64,000 nt of DNA from an uncultured Gemmatimonadaceae bacterium (GCA_963843845.1 CAWJMB010000007.1:32875-96874); one strand, 5' to 3'; shown: positions 44,131 to 54,990, numbered from the stretch's first letter. Made by a program: numbers and translations. Notes: generated from the letters alone by a model not told the origin.

Positions 44131-46653
44131 ATGACGTCACGTAATCTGTCGCGTCTCGCAACGGGTCTCGCCGGATCGCTCGCGCTCGCCACCGTTCCCT
44201 CGACGGCCGCCGCGCAGACCGTGCGCGGCGTCGTCGGCGACGCGGCGCAGCAGCCGGTGCCCGGCGTCGTCGTCACGCTGGTCGACAGCGCGGACGCGGT
44301 CGTCGCGCGCGGGCTGACGAACGAGCGGGGCGCCTACCGCCTGACGGCGCCGCGCGCCGGCACCTACCGCGTGCGCACGCTGCGCATCGGCTTCCGCCCG
44401 GTCGTCTCGGCCGCGTTCGCGTTGGGCGCGGGCGAGGAGCGGGCCGAGCCGCTGGCGGTGGCGCGCGTGGCGCTGGCGCTCGATACGCTGCGTGTCGCCG
44501 ACCGTGCGTCGTGCCGCCTCGACGCCGCCGACGCCGCCGACGCCGCGGCGACGTTCGCGGTGTGGGAGCAGGTGCGCACGGCGCTCACGGCGGCGCAGCT
44601 CACGGCGGGGGAGCGCGCGATCCGGGCGACGACGCTCGAATACGAGCGGGCGCTCGACCCGACGGTCCGGCGCGTCGAACAGCAGACGCTGCGCTCGAGA
44701 ACCGAGTACGTCACGCAGCCGTGGCGCACGATCGCGCCGGAGGTGCTGCACCGCGACGGCTACGTGACCGACGACGCGGCAGGGTACACGACGTACGCGG
44801 CGCCGGGGCTCGACATGCTCGTCGCGCCGGCGTTCGTCGGCGACCACTGCTTCCGGCTCACGACGTCGGCGCCGACCGGCGCCGTGTCGAACGGCTCGTC
44901 CGGCTCGCTCGTCGGCGTCGCGTTCGAGCCGACGGCGGAGCGGAGCCGCGTGCCGGAGATCCGCGGCACGCTGTGGGTCGATCGCGCGACGTCCGAGCTG
45001 CGCCGCCTCGAGTACCGCTACACGAACCTCCCCCCCGCGCAGGCCGAGCACGCGGGCGGCGAGATGACCTTCGTGCGGCTGCCGACGGGCGGCTGGGTCG
45101 TCGGGGCGTGGAGCATCCGCATGCCGTCGCTCGTCGCCGACGCGCCGACGGGGGGCGCGATGCGGCGCATCGGCCGCGCGACCGTGCGGATGGCGGAGCG
45201 GCCGGCGACGCCGCGCGTCGCGGCGGTCATGGTCACGGGGGGCGCACTCGTCGTCGCGATGCGGGGGGGCGACACGCTCTATGCGCAGCCCGCACTCGCG
45301 GTGCGGGGCGCGGTGGTGGACTCGGTCGGCGGCGCGCCGGTCGCGGGCGCCCGCCTCACGCTCGCCGGCACGGAGCTGACGGCGGCGGCCGATGCGAGCG
45401 GGCGGTTCACGTTTCCGGGGGTGCTCCCCGGGGTCTACACGCTCGAGGCGCGCACGCCGTCGCTCGACGCGTTCGGCGCGGTGCACCAGCAGTCGGTCAC
45501 CGTCGCCGACACGACGACGCTCCTCGGCGGGGTCGTCGACCGCGGGGCCGCCGCGGTGCGTCTGGCGCCGCTCGTGACGGTGCGCGTGCCGACCGGGGCG
45601 CAGATCACGGCGACGCTCTGCCGCACAGCCGGGGCGGGCGGCGCGGACGGCATCGTGTTCGGCACCGTCGCGATGCGCGGCGACTCGGTCCCGCGCGGCC
45701 GCGTGAGCGTCACGGCCGAGTGGACGGAGACGGCGCTGCGGCCGGGGGAGGCGACACCGGCCGCGCGGACGCCGCGCTGGATCGAGGCGCGGGCCGACAC
45801 GAGCGGCGCCTTCCGGCTCTGCGGCGTGCCGCGCGACGCGGCCGTGTCGCTGCGCGCGACGAGCGACAGCGGCGGCCGCGCGGCGAGCGAGCTGCGCTTC
45901 GAGCCGGGGCAGCGGCTCGCGCGGCTCGTGATGACGCTCGACCCCGCGCCAGTCGCCGTCGGCACGTTCGTGGGGAGCGTGCGCGCCGACTCGACCGAGC
46001 GGCCGATCGCCGACGTCGAGGTGAGTCTGCCGGAACTCCAGCGTCGCGTGCAGACGAACGGAGACGGCGCGTTCCGCGTCGCCGACGTCCCGGCCGGAAC
46101 GCACCGCGTGCTCGTGCGCCGGCTCGGCTACGGCCCGCTCGACACGCGGGTGACGTTCTCGGCGAACCGCACGACGCAGCGAACGATCTTCCTGTCGAGG
46201 GTGCGGACGCTCGACTCGGTCGTGACGATCGCGGAGCGCAACGAATTGATGGAGGACTTCGAGGCGAATCGGACGATCGGGCTCGGCAAGTTCCTCACCC
46301 GCGCGGAGCTGGAGCGGCTCCGAGGAAAGCCGCTCGTCGACGCGTTCACTACGTGGGGCGGCGTGCGCATCGTGAACAAGCTGGGAGCGCCCTACGTGAT
46401 GTCGTCGCGCGGACGGGGACGGCGCCTGGGCTCCATCGGCGAAGAAGAGTGCGTCGCGCTGATCTACCTCGACGGCGTGCTCCATTCTCGCGGCCCGGTC
46501 AGCATTCGCGAGTTCGCGCCCGAGCAGCTCGAGGCCGTCGAGTACTATCCGGGCCCGGCGTCGATCCCGGCGCGCTACAACGAGTTGAAGCGGTTCGGGA
46601 GCGCGGCGACGGAGTGTGGCGTGATCGTTCTGCACACCCGCCGCACTCCCTGA
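44131..46653 (+). CDS. Secreted protein with three carboxypeptidase-regulatory-like domains and a C-terminal TonB plug-like domain
   Basis: Signal peptide; repeated GxV.D...P..G...T...GxF modules; IYLDGV...EAVEYY..PASIPARY..CGVIVLHT. Confidence 0.8.
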   Translation: MTSRNLSRLATGLAGSLALATVPSTAAAQTVRGVVGDAAQQPVPGVVVTLVDSADAVVARGLTNERGAYRLTAPRAGTYRVRTLRIGFRPVVSAAFALGAGEERAEPLAVARVALALDTLRVADRASCRLDAADAADAAATFAVWEQVRTALTAAQLTAGERAIRATTLEYERALDPTVRRVEQQTLRSRTEYVTQPWRTIAPEVLHRDGYVTDDAAGYTTYAAPGLDMLVAPAFVGDHCFRLTTSAPTGAVSNGSSGSLVGVAFEPTAERSRVPEIRGTLWVDRATSELRRLEYRYTNLPPAQAEHAGGEMTFVRLPTGGWVVGAWSIRMPSLVADAPTGGAMRRIGRATVRMAERPATPRVAAVMVTGGALVVAMRGGDTLYAQPALAVRGAVVDSVGGAPVAGARLTLAGTELTAAADASGRFTFPGVLPGVYTLEARTPSLDAFGAVHQQSVTVADTTTLLGGVVDRGAAAVRLAPLVTVRVPTGAQITATLCRTAGAGGADGIVFGTVAMRGDSVPRGRVSVTAEWTETALRPGEATPAARTPRWIEARADTSGAFRLCGVPRDAAVSLRATSDSGGRAASELRFEPGQRLARLVMTLDPAPVAVGTFVGSVRADSTERPIADVEVSLPELQRRVQTNGDGAFRVADVPAGTHRVLVRRLGYGPLDTRVTFSANRTTQRTIFLSRVRTLDSVVTIAERNELMEDFEANRTIGLGKFLTRAELERLRGKPLVDAFTTWGGVRIVNKLGAPYVMSSRGRGRRLGSIGEEECVALIYLDGVLHSRGPVSIREFAPEQLEAVEYYPGPASIPARYNELKRFGSAATECGVIVLHTRRTP

Positions 46654-46725
46654 CCGGCCCGGTTCGTGCCCTTGCGTGCTCTCCCGGCCGCCTCGGCCGG
46701 CTCACTGAATTCGCAGGAGCGACAG

Positions 46726-47583
46726 ATGCGGTGGAGCGCGAACGGACGCAGCTCGAACCTCGAAGACCGTCGCGGGAATTCCGGCGGTGGTGGTGGCTTT
46801 CAGATCGGCGGGCGGGGCATGGGACTCGGCGGCACGCTCGTGCTGCTCGTGCTGGGGCTCGTCTTCGGCCAGGATTTCCTCGGCGGCGGCGCGAGCGCAC
46901 CGCCGACGACGGCTGGCGGTGAGGTCGCGCGCGGACCGGTCTCGACGACGCCCGAGGAAGAGCGCGCCGTCGACTTCACGTCCGCCGTGCTCGACAGCGT
47001 GCAGACGGCGTGGGCGACCGTGCTGCCACAGCAGGCGGGCCGGCAGTATCAGGACGCGCGCCTCGTGCTGTTCCGCGACGCCGTCCGCACGGCCTGCGGC
47101 ACCGCGCCGTCGGCCGTCGGGCCGTTCTATTGCCCGGGCGATGCGAAGGTGTACATCGACCTGAGCTTCTTCGACGAGCTGCGCACGCGGTTCGGCGCGC
47201 CCGGCGACTTCGCGCAGGCCTATGTCATCGCGCACGAGCTCGGCCACCACGTCCAGCACCTGCTGGGGGCCGACGCGCGCATGCGGCAGCTCGAGGCGGG
47301 GCGGCCAGACCTCAAGAACCCGCTCTCGGTGCGCTTCGAGCTCCAGGCGGACTGCTACGCGGGCGTGTGGGCGAACTCCGATCAGCAACTGCTCGAGCCG
47401 GGCGACGTGAACGAGGCGCTCGCCGCGGCGTCGGCGGTCGGGGACGACCGGCTGCAACAGCAGGCGCGCGGAGACGTGAACCCGGACACGTTCACGCACG
47501 GAACGGCGGCGCAGCGGGCGGCGTGGTTCAAGCGGGGACTCGAAACCGGCAGTCTCAAAGCCTGCGACACGTTCGCGCAGTGA
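46726..47583 (+). CDS. Neutral zinc metallopeptidase (YpfJ family)
   Basis: SSNLEDRRG, GPFYCPGD, DFAQAYVIAHELGHHVQ, ELQADCYAG, FTHG. Confidence 0.93.
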   Translation: MRWSANGRSSNLEDRRGNSGGGGGFQIGGRGMGLGGTLVLLVLGLVFGQDFLGGGASAPPTTAGGEVARGPVSTTPEEERAVDFTSAVLDSVQTAWATVLPQQAGRQYQDARLVLFRDAVRTACGTAPSAVGPFYCPGDAKVYIDLSFFDELRTRFGAPGDFAQAYVIAHELGHHVQHLLGADARMRQLEAGRPDLKNPLSVRFELQADCYAGVWANSDQQLLEPGDVNEALAAASAVGDDRLQQQARGDVNPDTFTHGTAAQRAAWFKRGLETGSLKACDTFAQ

Positions 47584-47623
47584 GCGCTGGCTCGCTGACG
47601 GCGGGGCCGGACGCTCGGCGGTA

Positions 47624-47682
47624 CGGAACCGAAGACGCGGAACGCGACGGCGAGTGCGTTCCGCCGTGTCTCCGGCGTTCCG
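47624..47682. terminator. Hairpin between convergent genes (possible bidirectional terminator or REP-like element)
   Basis: GCGGAACGC...GCGTTCCGC inner stem with imperfect outer extension; no U-tract. Confidence 0.4.
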
Positions 47683-47718
47683 CAGCGGGCGGTGCGTACC
47701 GAGCGCTCAGCCCGGCCG

Positions 47719-48579
47719 TCAGACCGACGAGGCATCGAGCCCCAGGATCTCGTCGGCATCGCACCGAATGCGCGCCGTGATCTCGTCGATCGGCAGATCG
47801 TTGCGATCCGTCCCGAACGGCTCCTCGATCTCCATCGCCAGCAGTTCCAGCCCCATCGTCGCGAAGAAGACGAGCATGCTCGCGATGATCGTCGCGTAGC
47901 GGAACTCGCGCACGAGACCGAACGGAAGCACGAGGGCGTAGATCAGCACGAACTGCTTCACGTACGAGCTGTAGGAGAAGGGAATCGGCGTGTTGCGCAC
48001 GCGCTCGCAGGCGCCGGTGACGTCGTCGAGCGCGACGAGCAGCGGCGTCAGGGCGATGATCGCCTCGCGGGGGAGCGCCCCGGACGCGACGTCGCCGTGC
48101 ACCTGTCGCGACAGATCGCGGACGATCCCGTTCGGGACATGCGGCGTCGGCGGCGTCGGCGGATCGGACGGACGGGGGCGCGGGCGGCGCAGATGTGCGA
48201 CGAGTGCCGCCGGATACGCGGCGAGCAGCGCGGCGTAGTGCCGACGTTGCGACGCGTCGGCCGGAAGCATCGCGTCGAGCTGGTGCGCGAGCGCGCGCGA
48301 GACGTTCAGCAGCTGGCCCCACACGCGCCGCCCCTCCCACCAGCGGTCGTACGCCGTGTTCGTGCGGAACACGAGCAGCAGACCGAGGATGATCCCGAGG
48401 ATCGACAGGATCGACGGGCCGAGCGGAACGGCGATGCGCACGACGTCGAGCTCGATCCAGGCGATGAGGCCGCCCCACGCGCCGGCGAGCAGCACGTCGA
48501 TGAACAGCGTGCGGAAGATCGGGCTGCGCGGGAAGTCGAGCAGGATGCGGCGCCAGTTCTTCGGGTCGTAGGTGATCAT
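47719..48579 (-). CDS. Bestrophin family channel
   Basis: LLVFRTNTAYDRWWEGRRVWG, CERVRNTPIPFSY, EIEEPFGTDRNDLP. Confidence 0.95.
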   Translation of the reverse strand: MITYDPKNWRRILLDFPRSPIFRTLFIDVLLAGAWGGLIAWIELDVVRIAVPLGPSILSILGIILGLLLVFRTNTAYDRWWEGRRVWGQLLNVSRALAHQLDAMLPADASQRRHYAALLAAYPAALVAHLRRPRPRPSDPPTPPTPHVPNGIVRDLSRQVHGDVASGALPREAIIALTPLLVALDDVTGACERVRNTPIPFSYSSYVKQFVLIYALVLPFGLVREFRYATIIASMLVFFATMGLELLAMEIEEPFGTDRNDLPIDEITARIRCDADEILGLDASSV

Positions 48580-48616
48580 CGCCAGAGGCCGGAGATCGTG
48601 CCGATCGTGATGTCGT

Positions 48617-49603
48617 TCACCGTCGTGCTCGCATCGCACGCCACTCGGCGCGCGTCAGCACGAGGTAGCCGATGCCGACGAACGGGAGCAGATACGCGAG
48701 GTGGCCGGCGATCGCCACCCCGAGCGCGGTGTCGCGTGGAACGCCGAGCGAGACGTATGCCGCGTAGGCCGCCGCCTCGTAGACGCCGAGGTTGCCAGGG
48801 GTCAGGCTGATCGACGAGGCCATGTTCACGGCGGCCAGCGCGAGGACCGCGCTGCCGGGTGTCGGCGCGATGTGAAAGGCGCGCTCGACGGCGACCCAGG
48901 CGAGCCCTTCTGCAGCCTTCATCGCGAGGGCGATCGCTGTCGCAACGGTGAAGCGACCCGGCGACCAGAGGCGGACGCTGCCTCCGAGCCGCTCCAGAAA
49001 GTGGGCCACTCGGCTGGCGGGGATGGGTGGCGCGGTGGTGCGGCCGACGGCGCCACCATCGGGAGTGCGTCGGGCATGCAGGCGCGCGACGGCGAACAGC
49101 AGGGCCGCGAGCAGCGCGATACCGGCGACGAGTCCGCCGATCGCGTTCCGCAGCACGTCGGGGAGCGGCGCGACGCGCGCTGCGGCGAACAGCATGGCGA
49201 GCTTCGCGAGTCCTTCGACGACCTGATGCTGTGCGAGCAGTGACAGCGAGAGCGCGACACCGAGCCCCCCGCGTTCCGCCAGTATCGCCACACTGGCCGC
49301 CTCGCCGACGAAGAGGGGGGCAGTGTTCGTCGCGGTGGTGGAGAGTGTCGTGATCGCGAACAGCCGCCGGTACGACAGTCGGTGGTCAGTGCCACCGAGC
49401 AGCACCTGCGTCTGCCAGGTCCAGAGCGCGAGGATCGTCGTGTCGGCGACGACGGCGACGGCGAGCCAGCCGAGGTCCGCGTCCTGGAGTGCGGAGGCGG
49501 CTCGTGACGGGCCGATCAGTCGCAGCGCCACCGCGAGCAGCGCCGTCGTGACGAGCCACGCCGCGAGCGTCAGCCGGCGTCGGGTCGTGGCAGTCAGAGG
49601 CAT
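48617..49603 (-). CDS. Lysylphosphatidylglycerol synthase TM / flippase-like membrane protein
   Basis: Multiple TM helices; GE motif; TPGNLGVYEAA. Confidence 0.8.
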   Translation of the reverse strand: MPLTATTRRRLTLAAWLVTTALLAVALRLIGPSRAASALQDADLGWLAVAVVADTTILALWTWQTQVLLGGTDHRLSYRRLFAITTLSTTATNTAPLFVGEAASVAILAERGGLGVALSLSLLAQHQVVEGLAKLAMLFAAARVAPLPDVLRNAIGGLVAGIALLAALLFAVARLHARRTPDGGAVGRTTAPPIPASRVAHFLERLGGSVRLWSPGRFTVATAIALAMKAAEGLAWVAVERAFHIAPTPGSAVLALAAVNMASSISLTPGNLGVYEAAAYAAYVSLGVPRDTALGVAIAGHLAYLLPFVGIGYLVLTRAEWRAMRARR

Positions 49604-49735
49604 CTCGTCGTCGTGCGATCCGCGCGGTCTCGGAGCATGGCGGGAATCATCGCCGCTGGCTGTCGGAACGCGTAGCGGCTACGTTCGGACCATACACGCA
49701 GTTGCGTTTAATGTTATGACACCCATATTGCAGCC

Positions 49736-50197
49736 ATGTCCAGTCGGATCCAGGCGGAGTTGAAGCAGACCAAGCCGTTCGCGTCGGCCGGTGAAGAGGC
49801 GGCCGTCGCGCTCATGCGTACGGCGGCCGTGTTCGACCACGCGCTCGAGGAGGCCATGCGGCCGTTCGGCATCACCGGCACGCAGTACAACGTCCTGCGC
49901 ATCCTGCGCGGCGCCGGTGACGAGGGGCACTGCGGACGAGCGGTCGGGGAGCGGATGATCGCGCGCGTTCCCGACGTGCCGCGGCTCCTCGATCGGATGG
50001 CGGAGGCAGGGTGGATCCGTCGCGTTCGCGACACGACGGACCGCCGCCACGTGATCGCCCGCATCACGCCAGCGGGCCTCGAGCTCGTCGAGGCCGTCGA
50101 GCCGGTGCTGCAAGCCATGCACGCGCGCTTCGTCGGCAAGCTCAGCGCGGAGCAGACACGTGCGCTGATCGAGCTACTCGACACCATCCGCGAATGA
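49736..50197 (+). CDS. MarR family transcriptional regulator
   Basis: GITGTQYNVLRILRGA, PDVPRLLDRM, DRR...ITPAG. Confidence 0.93.
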   Translation: MSSRIQAELKQTKPFASAGEEAAVALMRTAAVFDHALEEAMRPFGITGTQYNVLRILRGAGDEGHCGRAVGERMIARVPDVPRLLDRMAEAGWIRRVRDTTDRRHVIARITPAGLELVEAVEPVLQAMHARFVGKLSAEQTRALIELLDTIRE

Positions 50198-50254
50198 TGG
50201 CCAGCTTTTCGCACTCATGGGTGTTCCAACAGTCACTGTGCTGCAATCCAATCC

Positions 50255-50929
50255 ATGCCTGACCGCACCGCACTCCCGCCCACCACGCCGCCCATCACGC
50301 CGCCCATTCGCATCGTCGCCATTTCCGGCTCGATCCGGCGTGGATCGTGGAACCGCAAGCTGCTCGAGGCGGCACGGACCCTCGCGCCGGCCGGCGTCGA
50401 CGTCGACATGCTCGACCTCGCGGGGCTGCCGTTCTACGACGCGGATCTCGATACCGACGCGGCTCGCCCCGCCGCCGTCGAGTCGCTGAAGCGACGGATC
50501 GCGGACGCTGACGGCGTGCTGTTCGCGACACCCGAGTTCAACCACAGCATCCCCGGCGTCTTGCAGAACGCGATCGACTGGGTGTCGCGTCCGGCCATGC
50601 GCTCGCCGCTCGCCGACAAGCCGGTCGCGATCATGGGCAGCTCCCCCGGCGCACTCGGCGCCACGCGCGCGCAGCAGCATCTCAAGCTCGTTCTGATGGC
50701 GACGATGTCGCAGATCATGCCCCACCAGGGTGTCGCGGTCGGCGCCGTGCACACGAAGTTCGACGCCGACGGGCGACTCACCGACGACACGACGCGGACG
50801 TTCCTCGCTCAGTTCGTCGCGCAGTTCGCCGACTGGATTCGCCGCGTCGGCGCCACTCGACCGGCGGGGCAGAGCGCGGCACCGGGTTCGGCGCCGGGTG
50901 CGGCGCCACTCGTGTCGCGCGCGGCATAG
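50255..50929 (+). CDS. NADPH-dependent FMN reductase (ChrR/azoreductase-like)
   Basis: SGSIRRGSWN, TPEFNHSIPGVLQNAIDW, SPGALGATRAQ. Confidence 0.93.
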   Translation: MPDRTALPPTTPPITPPIRIVAISGSIRRGSWNRKLLEAARTLAPAGVDVDMLDLAGLPFYDADLDTDAARPAAVESLKRRIADADGVLFATPEFNHSIPGVLQNAIDWVSRPAMRSPLADKPVAIMGSSPGALGATRAQQHLKLVLMATMSQIMPHQGVAVGAVHTKFDADGRLTDDTTRTFLAQFVAQFADWIRRVGATRPAGQSAAPGSAPGAAPLVSRAA

Positions 50930-50959
50930 CTCCGCGGGGGCCGCGACGACGGCGCGTCG

Positions 50960-51226
50960 TTACGGCCCTCGCGACGGGTCGACGAGCTGCGGCGCGACCG
51001 TCTCGGAGCGCACGCGCGTCATGATCACCGCCAGCTCACGCTCGTACTGGGACCGCTCGTCGGTCGTCCAGAGGTGCCCCTGCGTCGCACCGCGGATCGA
51101 CGTCATCATCTCGTCGACGAGCGCGCGGAGCGCGAGGTTGCGGCGACGGTCCTGCGGACGATCCTGCGTCGACGACTGGTCGGCGGGCTCGCCGGTCGGA
51201 GCCTGGGAGACGGAGCGATCGGACAT
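50960..51226 (-). CDS. Small hypothetical protein
   Basis: MSDRSVSQ...DRRRNLALRALVDEMMTSIR...YERELAVIMTRVR; host-like codon usage. Confidence 0.6.
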   Translation of the reverse strand: MSDRSVSQAPTGEPADQSSTQDRPQDRRRNLALRALVDEMMTSIRGATQGHLWTTDERSQYERELAVIMTRVRSETVAPQLVDPSRGP

Positions 51227-51452
51227 CGAACCGGTGCATGGGAGACCGCGACGTCCAGAGCGACGCCGTGGCTGCGTGAAGATCTCGTTCAGCGGAGAGG
51301 CAAAGTAACGCCGAGCGTGAGATGGCGCGATGAGAACGCGTCGGCGTACGAACACTCGACGCCCCGTCTCAAGTTCCGTCACGGCCGAGTCGAGATACGA
51401 GGACGTTGACCCACGCGTCGCCGCGCCGTGGGGCACTCGGATTTCCCCTCGC

Positions 51453-53165
51453 ATGTCCTCTCCTCTCCGCGTCTACACCACCCTCGGACGCCTGCCGCGC
51501 GGGCTCGGCTTCCGTGGCAAGCTGAGTGTCGTGATCGCCCTCGGGGCGACGGTGCCGCTCGCCGCGCTCGTCGCGCTGTTCGCGCTGCGGCCGGACGCGC
51601 GGCCGGACGTCGTCCTCGCGATCGCCGCCGTGGCGACCCTCGTCGGTGCGACCGTCGCGGCGTGGCTGGCCGGCGGACTGCTCGCACCGATCCTGCTGAC
51701 GGCGCGGGCGCTGCGCGCGTATCTCTTGCGCTCCGTCCGTCCCGCGCTGCCGACGGAGTTGCCGTTCGACGAGGCAGGCACGCTGATGGCCGACGCGCAG
51801 CAGACGATCGAGCGCCTCGACGACATCGTCGTGCACGTGGCGACGTACGACCGGCTGACGGGGCTGCCGAACCGCACGCTGTTCCGGGACCGGGTGCGCG
51901 CGGCGGTCGCGCAGTCGCGGCGCGACGGGCGGCCGGTCGCGGTGCTCATGCTCGACGTCGACGGCTTCCAGAACGTGAACCTGGCGCTCGGCCACGGGGG
52001 CGGGGACGTGCTGCTGACGGCGGCGGCGGGGCGGCTCGGCACGATCCTGCGCGAGAGCGACGTGCTCGCCCGCATGGACGGCGACGAGTTCGCGATGCTC
52101 TGCTCGGGGAACACGACCGTGGCGGGCGTCGACGCGCTCGCCCGCCGCGTCCTCGAGGCGATGGCCCGTCCGTTCGCGGTGCTCGGGCGCGAAGTGACGG
52201 TCGGCGCGAGCGTCGGCATCACCATCTTTCCGACCGACGACGGCTCGGTCGAGCAACTGCTGGGCAACGCGACGAGCGCGCTGCGCGCGGTGCAGCGCGC
52301 CGGCGGCAACGGCTACCGCTTCTACTCGTCGGAGCTGAACGAGCGGCTCAACACGCGGCTCGCGCTCGAGACCGACCTGCGGCACGCCCTCGACCGCGAC
52401 GAGCTGCTGCTGCACTACCAGCCGAAGGTCGACGTCTCGACCGGCCGCGTCCTCGGCGTGGAGGCGCTGCTGCGCTGGCAGCATCCGAAGCGGGGGCTCA
52501 TCCCACCGATCGAATTCGTGCCGGTGGCGGAGGACACGGGGCTCATCGTGCCGATCGGCGCGTGGGTGCTCGAGACGGCGTGCCGGCAGGCGCGCGCGTG
52601 GCAGCAGGCGGGGGTGCCGCGTCTCACCGTCGCCGTCAACCTCTCGGCGCGGCAGTTCAAGCATCAGGATCTCCTCGCGGTCGTGCGCGACGCGCTGGCC
52701 GCGACGGGGATCGATCCGTCGCAGCTCGAGCTCGAGGTGACGGAGAGCCTGCTCATGGAAGACACATCGCGCACCGCGCAGGTGCTGCAGGCGCTGCGCG
52801 ACGAGGGGGTGACGATCTCGCTCGACGACTTCGGCACCGGCTACTCGTCGCTCAACTACCTCAAGAACTTCCCCATCGACTGCATCAAGCTCGACAAGAG
52901 CTTCGTGCGCGACGCGGTACACGACGCGCAGACCGACGCGATCACGTCGGCGATCATCGCCCTGGGCCACAGCCTCGGGCTGTCGGTCGTCGCGGAGGGG
53001 GTCGAGACGGCCGAGCAGCTCGAGTACCTCACCGACCGGTCGTGCGACGTCGTGCAGGGCTACCTCTTCGGGCGGCCCATGGACGCCGCGCTCGTGCCGG
53101 AGCTGGTCGCGGCGCGGGAGGCACTCGGCGCGTGCGGGGCGGCTCGCGGGGAGACGTTCGCGTGA
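51453..53165 (+). CDS. Membrane GGDEF-EAL protein
   Basis: [10 protein letters not shown], variant DGDEF motif, [36 protein letters not shown]. Confidence 0.95.
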   Translation: MSSPLRVYTTLGRLPRGLGFRGKLSVVIALGATVPLAALVALFALRPDARPDVVLAIAAVATLVGATVAAWLAGGLLAPILLTARALRAYLLRSVRPALPTELPFDEAGTLMADAQQTIERLDDIVVHVATYDRLTGLPNRTLFRDRVRAAVAQSRRDGRPVAVLMLDVDGFQNVNLALGHGGGDVLLTAAAGRLGTILRESDVLARMDGDEFAMLCSGNTTVAGVDALARRVLEAMARPFAVLGREVTVGASVGITIFPTDDGSVEQLLGNATSALRAVQRAGGNGYRFYSSELNERLNTRLALETDLRHALDRDELLLHYQPKVDVSTGRVLGVEALLRWQHPKRGLIPPIEFVPVAEDTGLIVPIGAWVLETACRQARAWQQAGVPRLTVAVNLSARQFKHQDLLAVVRDALAATGIDPSQLELEVTESLLMEDTSRTAQVLQALRDEGVTISLDDFGTGYSSLNYLKNFPIDCIKLDKSFVRDAVHDAQTDAITSAIIALGHSLGLSVVAEGVETAEQLEYLTDRSCDVVQGYLFGRPMDAALVPELVAAREALGACGAARGETFA

Positions 53166-53183
53166 ACTGTGGGGGAACATTAC

Positions 53184-53276
53184 GATCATGAACTGACCAT
53201 CACCCCGGCGATCGTTGGGAGCGTCTCGCGCGCGAGACTGCGGTCCATCGACGGGTCGAACGGTCTCTCGACGATC
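53184..53276. repeat. Palindromic intergenic element, family B copy 2
   Basis: GATCATGAACTGACCAT...GGAGCGTCTCG...GACTGCG...GGTCTCT..GATC matches the reverse complement of 20976-21069. Confidence 0.75.
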
Positions 53277-53279
53277 GGA

Positions 53280-54965
53280 ATGCTCCCGACACTCACAGTA
53301 CCCCGTCGCACCCTCCTCGCCGCGCTGCTCGCGCTCGCCCCGTCCGGCACCCGCGCGCAGCCCGTGCGCCCGTACCGTCCGTCGGTCGACGTGCTCGACT
53401 ACGCGTTCGCGATCACGCTCCCCGATACCGGGCGTACGCTCGACGGCGAGGCGACGATCCGCTTCCTGCGGGCGGCGCCGACCGACACGCTCGTGCTCGA
53501 CCTCGTCGGGCTGCGCGTGCGCGGGGTGCGCGTGGGCGTCGCGGGCGCGGCCGGCCGCACGGCGAGGTTCGCGCAGGACAGTGCGACGGTACGCATCGCG
53601 CTCCAGCGCGTCGCGCGTCCTCGTGCTGCCCGCGCCGGCGGCGATACGCTCGTCGCCGTCGTGCGCTACGACGGCACGCCGAGCGACGGGCTGATCGTGA
53701 GCCGCGACAGCGCGGGGCGGTGGCTCGCGTTCGGCGACAACTGGCCCGACCGCGGGCGCCACTGGCTGCCCCTCGTCGATCATCCGTCGGACAAGGCCAC
53801 GGTCTCGTGGGCGGTGAACGCGACGCGCGACCGGACCGTCGTGGCGAACGGCGCGCCGTCGGGGACCGTCGACGCCCCTCCGTCGTTCGGGAGCCGGCGG
53901 GCGCGCCGCGTCACGCGCTATCGCGAGTCGCGGCCGATCTCGCCGTACCTCATGGTGATCGCCGCCGCGCCGCTCGCGAAGATCGACCTCGGCGAGACGG
54001 CGTGCGGACTCGCGTCGAGTGGGCGGTGCGTGCCGCAGGCCGTCTACGTCGCGCCGGAGCTCGACGGGTTCGCGCCGCAGTCGTTTCGCGCGGCCGGCGA
54101 CATCGTGCGCTGGTTCTCGTCGCTCGTCGCGCCCTTCCCGTACGAGCGGCTCGCGCACGTGCAGAGCAGCACGCGCTTCGGCGGCATGGAGAACGCAGGC
54201 GCCATCTTCTACAGCGACCGCGCGTTCCGCGCCGGAACGTTAGGCCGCTCGCTCGTCGCGCACGAGACGGCGCACCAGTGGTTCGGCGACGCGGTGACGG
54301 AGCGCGAGTGGTCGCACGCCTGGCTCTCCGAGGGCTTCGCGACGTACTGGGCGGCGCTCGACGTGCAGCGCAGCGCTGGGGACAGCGCGTTCCGCGTCGA
54401 GATGCGCCGCATCCGCGACGGCGTGGTGGCCGCGCGAGAGTGCGCCGAGCGTCCCGTGATCGACACGGCGCAGACGGACCTCATGGCGCTGTTGAATCGA
54501 AACAGCTACGAGAAAGGGGGCTTCACCCTCCACATGCTCCGCTCGACGCTCGGCGACTCGGCGTTCTTCCGCGGGGTGCGGAGCTACTACGCGGCGCACG
54601 TCCACTCGACGGCGCTGAGCGACGACTTGCGGACCGCGCTCGAAGCGGCCTCCGGCCGACCGTTAGGCTGGTTCTTCGACCAGTGGCTGCGGCGGCCGGG
54701 TTTCGCGGAGCTGACGACGCGCTGGCAGTACGACGCGGCGTCGCGGCGCGTGCGCCTCACGATCTCGCAGAGCGCGCGGTTCGCGCCGTACCGCTTTCCG
54801 CTCGACGTCGAGGTCGTCGACGCGGGCGGTGCGGTGCAGCGCGTCACCATCGACGTGCCGGCGTCCCGAGACGTCGTGCGCGTGCTCGACCTGCCGCTCG
54901 CCGCGTCGCCGCGCGCGGTGCGCCTCGATCCGGACGTGAAGCTGTTGGGGACGATCGATCAGTGA
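53280..54965 (+). CDS. M1 family aminopeptidase
   Basis: GGMEN, HETAHQWFG, WLSEGFATY, YEKG. Confidence 0.95.
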   Translation: MLPTLTVPRRTLLAALLALAPSGTRAQPVRPYRPSVDVLDYAFAITLPDTGRTLDGEATIRFLRAAPTDTLVLDLVGLRVRGVRVGVAGAAGRTARFAQDSATVRIALQRVARPRAARAGGDTLVAVVRYDGTPSDGLIVSRDSAGRWLAFGDNWPDRGRHWLPLVDHPSDKATVSWAVNATRDRTVVANGAPSGTVDAPPSFGSRRARRVTRYRESRPISPYLMVIAAAPLAKIDLGETACGLASSGRCVPQAVYVAPELDGFAPQSFRAAGDIVRWFSSLVAPFPYERLAHVQSSTRFGGMENAGAIFYSDRAFRAGTLGRSLVAHETAHQWFGDAVTEREWSHAWLSEGFATYWAALDVQRSAGDSAFRVEMRRIRDGVVAARECAERPVIDTAQTDLMALLNRNSYEKGGFTLHMLRSTLGDSAFFRGVRSYYAAHVHSTALSDDLRTALEAASGRPLGWFFDQWLRRPGFAELTTRWQYDAASRRVRLTISQSARFAPYRFPLDVEVVDAGGAVQRVTIDVPASRDVVRVLDLPLAASPRAVRLDPDVKLLGTIDQ

Positions 54966-54990
54966 GCGCCGCCGTCGAGCGTGCGTCCGC

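Noticed and set aside
6716..54158. Many long antisense or alternate-frame ORFs (for example 6716-9334, 23838-26534, 44137-46635, 51369-54158)
   Set aside because: Arg/Ala/Pro-rich shadows of real genes, expected in GC-rich DNA with few stop codons
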